IMG/VR virus record: IMGVR_UViG_3300025881_001243
Span: 3,257 to 67,256 of that record
From: a virus
Direction: 5' to 3' (one strand)
Length of the DNA stretch: 64,000 nt
Part shown: positions 10,311 to 20,023 of the stretch, in pieces
How positions within the stretch are numbered: position 1 is the stretch's first letter
Layout of the letters: every line of letters starts with the position of its first letter
The notes under the pieces: generated by a model
Database searches by the model: none
Told to the model about the DNA's origin: nothing
Seen by the model: the letters and a program-made list of their open reading frames with translations, nothing else
Position numbers and translations under genes: made by a program

Positions 10311-11023
10311 TGAATAAAGTAATTGCAGTAATACCGGCAAGATGGGGATCTACAAGATTGCCAGGTAAACCTCTTGCTGATATAAATGGAAAGCCAATGA
10401 TACAGTGGGTTTATGAAGCTGTACAAAAATCCAATGCTGATAAAGTTATAGTTGCAACAGACCATAAAGATATTCTAAACGAAGTAAAAAAGTTTGGTGG
10501 GGAAGGTATTATGACTAGCACAAAACATCAAACTGGCACTGAGAGAGTATTAGAAGCTTATCAACACTATAAAGAAGATTATGGGTATGTTATTAATGTT
10601 CAAGGAGATGAGCCTATAATAAATGAGAATGATATTAATCTTTTAATTTCTGTACTTAAGAAAAATCCTCTTGATATTGCAACCTTAGTAGGTCCATTAA
10701 CAAAACCACAAGCAAGTGATAGAAATACAGTAAAGGCATTACTTGATAATAATAAAATAATAATGTTTACAAGAAGTCCTGTTTTTACTACTCAATCATT
10801 ATATGTTAAAAGGCATATAGGAATTTATGGATTCAGTAAGGTAATGACAGAAAGAATTGATAAAAACATTATGATTGAAACTTCTAATGAAATAGTAGAA
10901 AATTTAGAGCAGATAAGATGGGGTGACAATGGAATCAGTTTTAATTATGCTAGAGCAGCTGGTTTATATAAAGGTATAGATACACAAAAAGATTTGGATT
11001 ACGTCCGTACATTCTTAAACTAA
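10310..11023 (+). CDS. kdsB: CMP-Kdo synthetase (3-deoxy-manno-octulosonate cytidylyltransferase)
   Basis: VIPARWGSTRLPGKPLADI.GKPMI, H.TGTER, NVQGDEP, HIGIYGF, LEQIR, GIDT..DL motifs. Confidence 0.92.
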   Translation: MNKVIAVIPARWGSTRLPGKPLADINGKPMIQWVYEAVQKSNADKVIVATDHKDILNEVKKFGGEGIMTSTKHQTGTERVLEAYQHYKEDYGYVINVQGDEPIINENDINLLISVLKKNPLDIATLVGPLTKPQASDRNTVKALLDNNKIIMFTRSPVFTTQSLYVKRHIGIYGFSKVMTERIDKNIMIETSNEIVENLEQIRWGDNGISFNYARAAGLYKGIDTQKDLDYVRTFLN

Positions 11024-11057
11024 TATTAAAAAAGCTATATAATAATAAATCACTATT

Positions 11058-11189
11058 ATGGAAAACCAAGGAAAATCTAAAGAACAACTAAAAGGTAGTT
11101 ATATAGGTGCATTTATAGGTTTTGTAGGAATCGTCGCTCTTATAGGTTTTATAGGAATCAGCGCAGTGATAACATATTTAATGTCCTAA
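11058..11189 (+). CDS. small single-TM protein (43 aa, not in the ORF track)
   Basis: MENQGKSKEQLKGSYIGAFIGFVGIVALIGFIG...; follows an AAAC-N17-TATAAT motif; TAATG overlap with the next gene. Confidence 0.6.
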   Translation: MENQGKSKEQLKGSYIGAFIGFVGIVALIGFIGISAVITYLMS

Positions 11190-11446
11190 TGCAAAAAGAA
11201 CCAATAAATACATCAAACTTAGACCTAAGTAGTACTACCCCTATTATATGCGAAAATTGTGGTAATGAAACATTTAAGCCTATTTTCTTCTTAAGAAAGA
11301 TTAGTAGGTTTTTAACAGGTGAAGATCAAGATAGAGTATTACCAATGGATAGTCTTGCTTGTGTAAACTGCAATCACGTAAACAAAGAATTTAACCCTAA
11401 TCCTATATCAGAACAAACACAAAATAAAAACAAAAAAGATGAGTAA
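11189..11446 (+). CDS. zinc-ribbon protein
   Basis: CENC ... CVNC motifs. Confidence 0.65.
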   Translation: MQKEPINTSNLDLSSTTPIICENCGNETFKPIFFLRKISRFLTGEDQDRVLPMDSLACVNCNHVNKEFNPNPISEQTQNKNKKDE

Positions 11447-11978
11447 AGAAACTGAAACTAAAGTAGTAGAAATGGCTACAGAGGAAACTCCACGAACACT
11501 GGAACAATTAAAAGCAAGAGAAGCTGAATTAGATAAGATTAATGAAGATCTAATTAAAGAAATGCAAGTGAGAGAATATGAAATTGATTTTAAAACAAAA
11601 AAAGTTTTTGATCGACTTCTTAAGTTCTTAGAGAAAGATGCACCGTGGGGTCATACTACTGCAACCGGTTTAATTATGCTATATCATAATTTAAGAGAAG
11701 CAAAAGAATTAGTAAAAGAAAAAGATTTTAAAGGATTAATTCCAGTAAGATCTACAAGTGTTACTATTCTTTGGCAAATGGTTACAAAGATGACAGGAAC
11801 TGGATTTTATGAAGCTAAATCATTTGTTGAGTTAATGGCAAATGTAGGTGAGTCATTATCTGAGGCAGTACAAAAAGTACAGGAAGATAATCAAGCCCTT
11901 AGAGACAATCACTCTGAGCTTGCATTAGTTCAACAAGAAATAGATAAAGTAACTGTTGAAGGTCCTGTTGCAGAATAA
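11439..11978 (+). CDS. hypothetical coiled-coil protein
   Basis: ORF in operon. Confidence 0.7.
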   Translation: MSKETETKVVEMATEETPRTLEQLKAREAELDKINEDLIKEMQVREYEIDFKTKKVFDRLLKFLEKDAPWGHTTATGLIMLYHNLREAKELVKEKDFKGLIPVRSTSVTILWQMVTKMTGTGFYEAKSFVELMANVGESLSEAVQKVQEDNQALRDNHSELALVQQEIDKVTVEGPVAE

Positions 11979-12226
11979 TGGGTTTTCATAAACGACATAT
12001 AAACAATCAACAGGTTTTAGATTTATATAAATCTGGTGGTGTAGAAAATGTTACTAAATGGTATACTGGCAAGGTTGACGCTCTCATCTTAGAGACAGGC
12101 CTTGCCAGTAAAATCCATTCTATCCTAACTGATCCTGATTGGGAAATCTTTGGTAGAGTTAGAGCGAACGAAGAAATCGTTAAACTAATTAATAAAGAAT
12201 TAGGTATAGAGGACTTTCGTACTTAA
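11978..12226 (+). CDS. hypothetical protein
   Basis: TAATG-coupled ORF. Confidence 0.65.
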   Translation: MGFHKRHINNQQVLDLYKSGGVENVTKWYTGKVDALILETGLASKIHSILTDPDWEIFGRVRANEEIVKLINKELGIEDFRT

Positions 12227-12270
12227 TAATTTACTTTTTGTTAATGAATAAATAAAAAAATACAAGTTTT

Positions 12271-13065
12271 ATGAGATTCATTAGAGACTTCAAACAATTT
12301 ATTACAGAAAAGAAAGACGAGGACTTTGAAGATAAGATCAAAGGCCACGGCTATTACAAAGGCATCTCAACTTCTACTGCGAGGGCTAAAGAAAAACAAA
12401 TGAAAGATCAGGCATCTAAAGCTGATGACGATCCTTCTGCTTATAAAGAATTACCTGGTGATACTAAAGGTAAAAAATCCCTAAAGAAATCTAAGCATAC
12501 TAAAGCATTTGATGATTTATATGATGAAGCATTAGATGAAATGGTTACCAATGAAGGTGTAATGAGCGAATTACATATAATGATGGAAGAAGCAAAAAAC
12601 TTTGCTGATTTTAAGAAAAGATTTTATAAAGAATTTAGCGATAAAGTTAAACCTAATAAAGATTTAGATGATTGGCTAAAGTCTTTATATGAGGATGGGT
12701 TATCTGAAGGTATTGATGAAAAGGCAAGTGGAGATCGCGGACCTATAAAGGGAAAGGGAATCGAAACTGGTCTTAAAAATAAAGCAGAAAAAACAGGTGT
12801 ATCATTACCTTTACTAAGACTAGTAATGAGGAGAGGTATGGCTGCATGGAAATCTGGGCATAGACCTGGCGCTGGGCAAGAGCAGTGGGGTTATGCAAGA
12901 GTTAACTCGTTTTTAACTAAAGCACCTGGTACTTGGGGTAGACCATTAGATGATCCTAAAAAGAATGGGCCTAAGGGTTCTTATGGAGCTGATGCCGATA
13001 TTGCTAAAGAAGTAATAAAGAAAGGTGAAGATAAGAAATTAAAAACAACAGGATTACCTAAATAA
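12271..13065 (+). CDS. putative internal head protein with CTS-like N-terminus
   Basis: MRFIRDFKQFITE start; C-terminal RRGMAAW..GHRPGA.QEQWGYARVNSF resembles a conserved viral (DUF5824-like) domain. Confidence 0.6.
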   Translation: MRFIRDFKQFITEKKDEDFEDKIKGHGYYKGISTSTARAKEKQMKDQASKADDDPSAYKELPGDTKGKKSLKKSKHTKAFDDLYDEALDEMVTNEGVMSELHIMMEEAKNFADFKKRFYKEFSDKVKPNKDLDDWLKSLYEDGLSEGIDEKASGDRGPIKGKGIETGLKNKAEKTGVSLPLLRLVMRRGMAAWKSGHRPGAGQEQWGYARVNSFLTKAPGTWGRPLDDPKKNGPKGSYGADADIAKEVIKKGEDKKLKTTGLPK

Positions 13066-13066
13066 T

Positions 13067-13612
13067 ATGAAATTCGTAAAAGGCTTCAAAGATTTTGATA
13101 AAGTATCTGAAGAACTTAAATACCATATAGATAATGGATTAGGTTTAGACGATACTGTTTTCCGTTTAGGTTCAGATGCTCATGCCAAATTATTTGAAGA
13201 GGCAGAGCAGTATTGGGATAAAGGAAATATAGTATTAAATGGCAAGAGTGGATGGATGGCAAAAAACCTAGAAGTAGGAAAGAAAGCTATCTATAAAGAC
13301 CGTAAATCTGGTAGAACTAAAAAAGTTAAACTTGATTCTCCAGAAAGAGGTGGTAATAAAAAGTTTATTGTTTATCGTAACACTGGTAAAACTGATAAAG
13401 AAACTGGTGAAATAGTAGCAAAGAAAATTGAATGGGGAGATCCAGGATTGTCTGTAAAGAATGATGATCCAGGAAGAGCTAAAAGTTTTTGGGCAAGGCA
13501 TCAATGCGACCAAAAGAAAAAGATGGATCCTAATAAGACAGGATTCTGGGCATGTTATGGGCCTTCTTTGTTTGGAAAGCAACTTGGTCTGAAGTCAACC
13601 AACCCTTGGTAA
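13067..13612 (+). CDS. putative internal head protein
   Basis: MKFVKGFKDF start; basic C-terminal domain with SFWARHQC...WAC. Confidence 0.55.
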   Translation: MKFVKGFKDFDKVSEELKYHIDNGLGLDDTVFRLGSDAHAKLFEEAEQYWDKGNIVLNGKSGWMAKNLEVGKKAIYKDRKSGRTKKVKLDSPERGGNKKFIVYRNTGKTDKETGEIVAKKIEWGDPGLSVKNDDPGRAKSFWARHQCDQKKKMDPNKTGFWACYGPSLFGKQLGLKSTNPW

Positions 13613-13642
13613 ATATATAAAACAATAAAAATAAATAAAGAT

Positions 13643-15001
13643 ATGAAATTTATTCCAAACTATGGAGATTTTAAGAATTCATTAAACGAAGCTTCTTTTA
13701 ATTATAATGATGATGTAGGCGAAACTAAATTAGGACAAGCCGCTAGTATAATTTGTTCTTTCTTAAATAAGAAGACTAAATTAGATTTTAAAATCTTTCC
13801 ATTTGGTGTTAAATCAAATGGGGTAGAAGGTGTTATGTTATATAGCGCAAAAGGTACTGCCGCTGTTAGGGTAGGTGGTAAAGGAATGAATAGAGGTCCT
13901 GGTATTGTTGGTGATCTTGCTTATTTCTCTGATGCATCAAAAAGAACTGCTGATTTTGTTATGAGTAGTGAGAATTTTCCTATTACTTCATTATGTTATG
14001 AATTTGCAAAATTAATTAGCGAACCTGCATATGTTAAAGAAGTTGAAACTTTACAAGAATCTGTTAATGAAGGTAAGCGTGGTGTATTAAAACCACAAGA
14101 ACAGAAAATGGTAATGAAACAATTAAAATCTGGTAAGAGTGCCGCAAAGATTGCTAGAGATCTTGGTATATCATACGGAGCTATTCTTAAATTAAAAAAG
14201 AATGAAACTGTTACATTAGAAGAGCCTACTGCCGTTAAAGCAAATGAAGAAACTTTAGAAGATAAAGTTAAATTCCTAGATGAAACTTTGACTGATATTT
14301 ATGATATAGCCAGAAAGGTTGCCGCAGGAGCATTTAATTCACTAATGATATCCGGTAGAGCAGGTACAGGTAAAACTTTCAGTGTAGAGAAAGCGCTAAA
14401 GGATGAAGGACTTACTGCTGATGATGATTATATTATTGTTTCAGGTGCTGTATCAACAATTATGATGTTTAAGAAAATGTTTCAGTATAGAAATAAAGTT
14501 TTAGTATTTGATGATTGTGATGCTGTATTTAGAGATGAAAATGGCCGTAATATATTAAAGGCCGCACTTGATACAAAAAAGATAAGAAGAATATCTTATC
14601 TTAAGAAAAGTGGATTAGTATTTGATCCTAAGGATTTTGAAATGGATCCTGAAGGAGAATTTAATATGATAGAAAATGGAATGGTTCCAGCATACTTTGA
14701 TTTTGCAGGTAGGGTAATATTTATATCTAACCTTGCAAAAGATAAAGCTGACCCTGATGGTGCTATTCGTTCAAGATCTATTTTAATTGATGTTAACCCA
14801 GATGATGTAACATTAATGGAAAGAATTAAAACTCTATTACCTTATTTAGAACCTAAGGATATGCCAATGAAAGACAAAGAAGAAATTTATGAATTTATGA
14901 AAAAGGCAAATGATGTTTCTATGAGGACTTTTGTTAAGGCTGCAGGTTTTAAAGTAGCAGGTTTACCTAACTGGGAAAGAATGTCAAAAAGATATTTATA
15001 A
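13643..15001 (+). CDS. AAA-type ATPase with HTH and CTS-like leader
   Basis: Walker A GRAGTGKT, Walker B VFDDCD, SAAKIARDLGISYGAI HTH, leader MKFIPNYGDFKNSLNEA. Confidence 0.75.
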   Translation: MKFIPNYGDFKNSLNEASFNYNDDVGETKLGQAASIICSFLNKKTKLDFKIFPFGVKSNGVEGVMLYSAKGTAAVRVGGKGMNRGPGIVGDLAYFSDASKRTADFVMSSENFPITSLCYEFAKLISEPAYVKEVETLQESVNEGKRGVLKPQEQKMVMKQLKSGKSAAKIARDLGISYGAILKLKKNETVTLEEPTAVKANEETLEDKVKFLDETLTDIYDIARKVAAGAFNSLMISGRAGTGKTFSVEKALKDEGLTADDDYIIVSGAVSTIMMFKKMFQYRNKVLVFDDCDAVFRDENGRNILKAALDTKKIRRISYLKKSGLVFDPKDFEMDPEGEFNMIENGMVPAYFDFAGRVIFISNLAKDKADPDGAIRSRSILIDVNPDDVTLMERIKTLLPYLEPKDMPMKDKEEIYEFMKKANDVSMRTFVKAAGFKVAGLPNWERMSKRYL

Positions 15002-15003
15002 TT

Positions 15004-16473
15004 ATGAAATATATTAAAAGTAGAATTGATTTTATTAATGAAAAGAAGTCTAACAATTTAAATGAAGGGCAATTTTCATGGATGACTCAGGATTCTAATA
15101 AACAAATAGGATCTGAAAAACAAAATACTATCGATGTTTATATGTATGACAACGAAGGTAATAAATGGAAGGAAACTAGATATGACGGTTATGGAGTATT
15201 TGGTGGAATGGATTTTTATGATCTTGTTGCTACTATGAACGGTTATGATGCCGATAGAGAAAAAGGTATTGATTTAGCTTTTGGTAAATTAAAAACTAAA
15301 GATAAAAAGAGAAAGACGTTATTTCCTGCTTTAGTAGAAGATCCTAGATACAATTGGAAAAGACATAATTTTACAGAACAACCTGAAAATGATCCAAACC
15401 AATCATGGTACCAAGAAGAAGAAGATGATGGATATGATGATTATTATGAATCTACAGTTACTGAAGGTAAAGGATGGAATGATGTTGCAAGAGTAATGGA
15501 TTCTGGATTAAAAAAGGCTATAAAGAAAGGGGTAACCAATTTAAGGTATGCTCAAGATTATGTTAAATCATTAGAAAGAATGGCAAAGAAAAATGCTAAA
15601 CAGTTCTTTAATGATTATGGAGATTTTACTGAAGATGATTTTATTGAAGATGTAAGATATAATATGGCTAATGAAAAAGTTAATGAAGGCAGAGCTTCAG
15701 CCGATAGATTACTTAAAGATGTTATAAACGGTAATACATCTGAAGTTGAAGGTATTAAATTATCTAAGGATATGGCACAAGGCTTTGCGGATTGGTTACG
15801 ATATTCTACATACGGTAAAAAGTTTGGGTCTTTACCTTTTGATAAATTATTTACCGCTGCGTTTAATTGGGGATTAGATAGATTTGTTAAAGGTGCTAAT
15901 ACTAAAGTAAAGGATGAGTTTAAAGAACTTAAGGCTAAAGCTAAAGAAATGCGTAAGGCTGAAATGAAAGGTGAATCTCTTACTGAAGGTAAAGGTGATA
16001 AAGCCGTAAGTATGGCACAGAAAAATTTAGATAAGGTAATAACAGATCTTAAAGCTAATCTTTTAAAATTTAAAGGTGCTAAAACAGATTCAGATAAAGA
16101 AAAATTTAAATCTGAAGCAAAGAGATTAACTAAGCTAAGAAAGGATGCACAGGATAATTTAGAAGACGCTATATCAAATGCTTATGCCGAAGTTGAATTA
16201 GTAGTAATGGAAAATTATGATACTGAACAAAGAAAGGAAATGGCATCAAAAGGATTAGCTTTACCTGATGGTAGCTTTCCAATTAAAAACTTAGAAGATT
16301 TAAAGAATGCTATTCAGGCATACGGTAGAGCAAAAGATCAATCAAAAGCTGCAAAGTTTATAGCAAAAAGAGCAAAAGCTTTAAGTGCTGAGGATTTAAT
16401 TCCAGACACTGAAGATTTTCAAAAAGCTTTAAAAGAAGCATCATTCGGAAGAATACCAAAATTTGGAGAATAA
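15004..16473 (+). CDS. modular putative internal head polyprotein
   Basis: MKYIKSRIDFINE start; internal NLNEG, TVTEG, KVNEG and ESLTEG sites. Confidence 0.6.
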   Translation: MKYIKSRIDFINEKKSNNLNEGQFSWMTQDSNKQIGSEKQNTIDVYMYDNEGNKWKETRYDGYGVFGGMDFYDLVATMNGYDADREKGIDLAFGKLKTKDKKRKTLFPALVEDPRYNWKRHNFTEQPENDPNQSWYQEEEDDGYDDYYESTVTEGKGWNDVARVMDSGLKKAIKKGVTNLRYAQDYVKSLERMAKKNAKQFFNDYGDFTEDDFIEDVRYNMANEKVNEGRASADRLLKDVINGNTSEVEGIKLSKDMAQGFADWLRYSTYGKKFGSLPFDKLFTAAFNWGLDRFVKGANTKVKDEFKELKAKAKEMRKAEMKGESLTEGKGDKAVSMAQKNLDKVITDLKANLLKFKGAKTDSDKEKFKSEAKRLTKLRKDAQDNLEDAISNAYAEVELVVMENYDTEQRKEMASKGLALPDGSFPIKNLEDLKNAIQAYGRAKDQSKAAKFIAKRAKALSAEDLIPDTEDFQKALKEASFGRIPKFGE

Positions 16474-16474
16474 T

Positions 16475-17500
16475 ATGAAATACTTTAAAACATTTGAAAA
16501 ATATAAATACGGCGTTAATGGTGTAGGTTCCCTTAAGAATTCATTGGCTGCATTAAAAAGACAAAATATTACTGGTCGTTATGTAGATCCTGAAACTTTA
16601 GCGCAAGGCATCCGTAATGAATATGAAGCTATCACAGGTGAGAAATATGAAGATGAAGTTCAGATGTCAATGGATAATACTATTGCTGATATTATTGGTC
16701 ATTATAAATTAGATGGTCCAGAATTTATGGCTGCATGGGATAAAGTAATTAAAGAATCAGTTAATGAAGCAGTAAAACCCATTAAGCTTTCTGGTAACTT
16801 AAAGAAAGACTTAAAAGTTGTCACAGCTATGGCAGAAAAAATGGTTAAGTATGCTAAAGACAACTTCAATACATATATACCAACAGGCGAAAAGCTCAGT
16901 CAACTAAAGCTCGGAGGTACTAAAGAAAAAGATGTTTTGAAATACAATATCAATCACCTAGCAAAGGCAATCAATACAGACTTAACAAAGAAGTATATGA
17001 AAGACTTTGTAGCTGAATCAGTAAATGAACAATATACAAAGAGTTTAGGTTTTAATGTAACTAATGATAATATTTATAAGTTAACTAAGTCATTAGATCC
17101 TAATGGTAGATTATGTAAAAATATTTCTAAAGGTTCTGATAATGTAAAGCCTGAGTTTACTGAAATGCAAAAACTAATGGAAGAAATCCAAAGAATATGG
17201 GGTGAGGTTGAGTATATTATTAGTATGTCAAATGAATCCGTTAATGAAAAACCAGAAGAAGTTACAGAATCTTATAAAGGTAACTTTACTGATTTTAAAT
17301 ATGATTTAGAAATGGCTATAGATAATATGGATATTTCTCCTAAGGCAATTAAATCAGTCAAGAAAAAAGGCAATGGTTATGAAGTAAGGCTATCTTCTTA
17401 TATGAGTGATAAATCTACATGGGAAAAGATTGGTGATACAATCGGAGCCACACTTATATCATTTAAACCTGGTAGTATTAATATTGGGATATACGAATAA
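16475..17500 (+). CDS. modular putative internal head polyprotein
   Basis: Likely start MKYFKTFE at 16475; three ESVNE sites. Confidence 0.6.
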   Translation: MKYFKTFEKYKYGVNGVGSLKNSLAALKRQNITGRYVDPETLAQGIRNEYEAITGEKYEDEVQMSMDNTIADIIGHYKLDGPEFMAAWDKVIKESVNEAVKPIKLSGNLKKDLKVVTAMAEKMVKYAKDNFNTYIPTGEKLSQLKLGGTKEKDVLKYNINHLAKAINTDLTKKYMKDFVAESVNEQYTKSLGFNVTNDNIYKLTKSLDPNGRLCKNISKGSDNVKPEFTEMQKLMEEIQRIWGEVEYIISMSNESVNEKPEEVTESYKGNFTDFKYDLEMAIDNMDISPKAIKSVKKKGNGYEVRLSSYMSDKSTWEKIGDTIGATLISFKPGSINIGIYE

Positions 17501-17503
17501 GCA

Positions 17504-17845
17504 ATGAAAGATTGCAAATGTAAATCTTGTAAATGTAATGAATTAACCAATGAACAGGTGGTTCAGCAAATGGAAGATCAAACTAAACCTTTTATTGAAG
17601 AACAATATTCAACAGATACAGTCCTAAGACATTTTGATCCAACTGCACCAGATCATTTATATAAGTGGCATGCCGATGAAGAAGATCGCTTTGTAGAATC
17701 TCTTAATGAAAATGATTGGCAATTTCAATTTGATAATGAATTACCACAAGAAATTCAACCCGGTAAAATTATTCATATTCCTAAAGGATTAATCCATCGC
17801 CTAATTAAAGGTACTTCAGAATTAAGCATTTCTATTAAATCCTAA
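17504..17845 (+). CDS. cupin-fold protein
   Basis: WH.DEEDR ... IHIPKG.IHRLIKG motifs. Confidence 0.65.
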   Translation: MKDCKCKSCKCNELTNEQVVQQMEDQTKPFIEEQYSTDTVLRHFDPTAPDHLYKWHADEEDRFVESLNENDWQFQFDNELPQEIQPGKIIHIPKGLIHRLIKGTSELSISIKS

Positions 17846-17949
17846 CTTAAACCAATTACCTTTTTTAGGTATAATTAATATAGAAACATTACTGCTTTCA
17901 GAAAGTAATAAATGTTGTTATAATTGTATTATAAATCTAAAACTTAACT

Positions 17950-19968
17950 ATGGGAGAGATATATCCAGAAGAAGACAGCATCAAAAAAGAGCCAGGTAAA
18001 ATTAAAAAAGGAAATAGTCTCACAATCCTTGATACGTATGGAACCAATGTAACTGACTTAGCAGTGAATAAAAAACTAGATCCAGTTATTGGTAGAGAAG
18101 ATGAAATTCTAAGAGTTGTACAAATTTTAGGTAGACGTAGAAAAAACAATCCTGTTTTAGTAGGAGAACCTGGTGTAGGTAAGACTGCAATTGTAGAAGG
18201 TTTGGCTTCTCGTATTATTGAAGGTAATGTTCCTGTTACTTTACAAGGAAAAATTATTTATACATTAGAACTGTCTACTATAGTTGCAGGTACAAAATAT
18301 CGAGGGCAGTTTGAAGAAAGAATGAAAGCAATAGTTGATGAGTTAATTGAAAATCCTCATGTAATTATTTTTATAGATGAACTTCACACTATTATGGGGG
18401 CAGGTGGATCTACAGGATCTTTAGATGCTGCTAATATTATTAAGCCTGCATTAGCCCGTGGTGAAATCAGATGTATAGGAGCAACTACTTTTGATGAATT
18501 TAGAGAAAGTATTGAATCTGATGGCGCATTGGATAGAAGGTTTCAAAAGGTTGTAATTGAACCTCCTTCATTAGAAGAAACTGTTGAAATTTTATCTCAC
18601 CTAAGACATAAGTATTCTGATTTTCATAATGTAAATTACTCTGATGAAATTATCCAAATGATAGTTAAGGTTGCTGACCAATACATGATGGATAGATATT
18701 TTCCAGATAAAGCAGTAGATATTTTAGATGAGGTAGGTTCTTATAAGCATCTTAAGCATATTAAGATTCCTAAAAAGATAAAAAATCTAGAAGCTAAATT
18801 AATAATTAAACAAAACGAAAAGAAAGATGCAGTAAAGTCACAGCGTTATGAACTCGCTGCTCAAAATAGAGATGACTGTTTAAATATTCAATCTAAAATT
18901 TCTAGAGAATACAAATCATGGAAGGCTGAATTATCAGAAGTGAAAATGGAAATTACTGAAGATGATATTTTATATGTAATTTCTAAAGCAACAGGTATTC
19001 CTGTAGAAAAGATAACAGACAAAGAACATAAGAACCTATTAGGTATTAATAAACATCTATCATCTAAAGTAATGGGACAAGATGAAGCTATTAATAAAAT
19101 ATCAATGACCATCCAACGAAACCGAGTAGGTATACGAAAGAGAAACAGGACTATGGGTAATTTTATTTTCTTAGGTCCAACTGGTGTAGGTAAGACTCAA
19201 TTAGCCAAAGAGATAAGTTCTTATATGTTTAATTCTGAAGAAGATCTTATTCGTATAGATATGACCGAATATATGGAAGCTCATTCTGTTTCTAAATTAA
19301 TAGGAGCACCTCCTGGTTATATAGGGCATGAGGGTGGTGGCTTTTTAACAGAGCAGGTGAAAAGAAAACCGCATTCCGTTATATTATTTGACGAGGTAGA
19401 GAAAGCCCATCCAGAAGTCTTTAATGTATTACTTCAAATGTTAGATGATGGTTATTTAACCGACTCATTAGGTAGAACTATTGATTTTAGAAACTGTCTT
19501 GTTATTTTAACATCAAACACAGGATCAAGAAAGGTTCAAGAATTTGGAACCGGTATTGGTTTTAGCAGAAAAACTGTTGCTGAAGAACAAGCAGAAGAAA
19601 AGAGTATTATTAATAAAGCCCTTAAGTCAAAATTTGCACCAGAATTTTTAAATAGGATTGATGAAGTAATTGTTTTTAATTCTCTTACAAAAAATACTGT
19701 AATGTCAATTTTAAATAAAGAATGTAAAGAACTTGCAGAGAACCTAGTAGATGTAGGAGAATATACATTGAAAATATCTAAGGGTGCTAAAGATATTATT
19801 TTGGATCAAGGCTTTGATCCTAAGTACGGTGCTAGGCCACTAAGAAGAGCACTAGAGCGATTAATAGAAAATCCTGTAGCAGAAATGATTCTTAAGAAAG
19901 AAATCGAAGAAGGTGATATCATTAAAGTTACAGGTTTAAAAGGTATTTTAACAATTAAAAAAGATTAA
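17950..19968 (+). CDS. clpC: ClpC-like AAA+ chaperone/protease ATPase lacking the N-terminal repeat domain
   Basis: [33 protein letters not shown]-like coiled coil, [23 protein letters not shown] motifs. Confidence 0.88.
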   Translation: MGEIYPEEDSIKKEPGKIKKGNSLTILDTYGTNVTDLAVNKKLDPVIGREDEILRVVQILGRRRKNNPVLVGEPGVGKTAIVEGLASRIIEGNVPVTLQGKIIYTLELSTIVAGTKYRGQFEERMKAIVDELIENPHVIIFIDELHTIMGAGGSTGSLDAANIIKPALARGEIRCIGATTFDEFRESIESDGALDRRFQKVVIEPPSLEETVEILSHLRHKYSDFHNVNYSDEIIQMIVKVADQYMMDRYFPDKAVDILDEVGSYKHLKHIKIPKKIKNLEAKLIIKQNEKKDAVKSQRYELAAQNRDDCLNIQSKISREYKSWKAELSEVKMEITEDDILYVISKATGIPVEKITDKEHKNLLGINKHLSSKVMGQDEAINKISMTIQRNRVGIRKRNRTMGNFIFLGPTGVGKTQLAKEISSYMFNSEEDLIRIDMTEYMEAHSVSKLIGAPPGYIGHEGGGFLTEQVKRKPHSVILFDEVEKAHPEVFNVLLQMLDDGYLTDSLGRTIDFRNCLVILTSNTGSRKVQEFGTGIGFSRKTVAEEQAEEKSIINKALKSKFAPEFLNRIDEVIVFNSLTKNTVMSILNKECKELAENLVDVGEYTLKISKGAKDIILDQGFDPKYGARPLRRALERLIENPVAEMILKKEIEEGDIIKVTGLKGILTIKKD

Positions 19969-20023
19969 ACCTTTTATGTTTTTTACATATAAAAATAAAA
20001 TAATACTTTAATCTTAAACAAGA

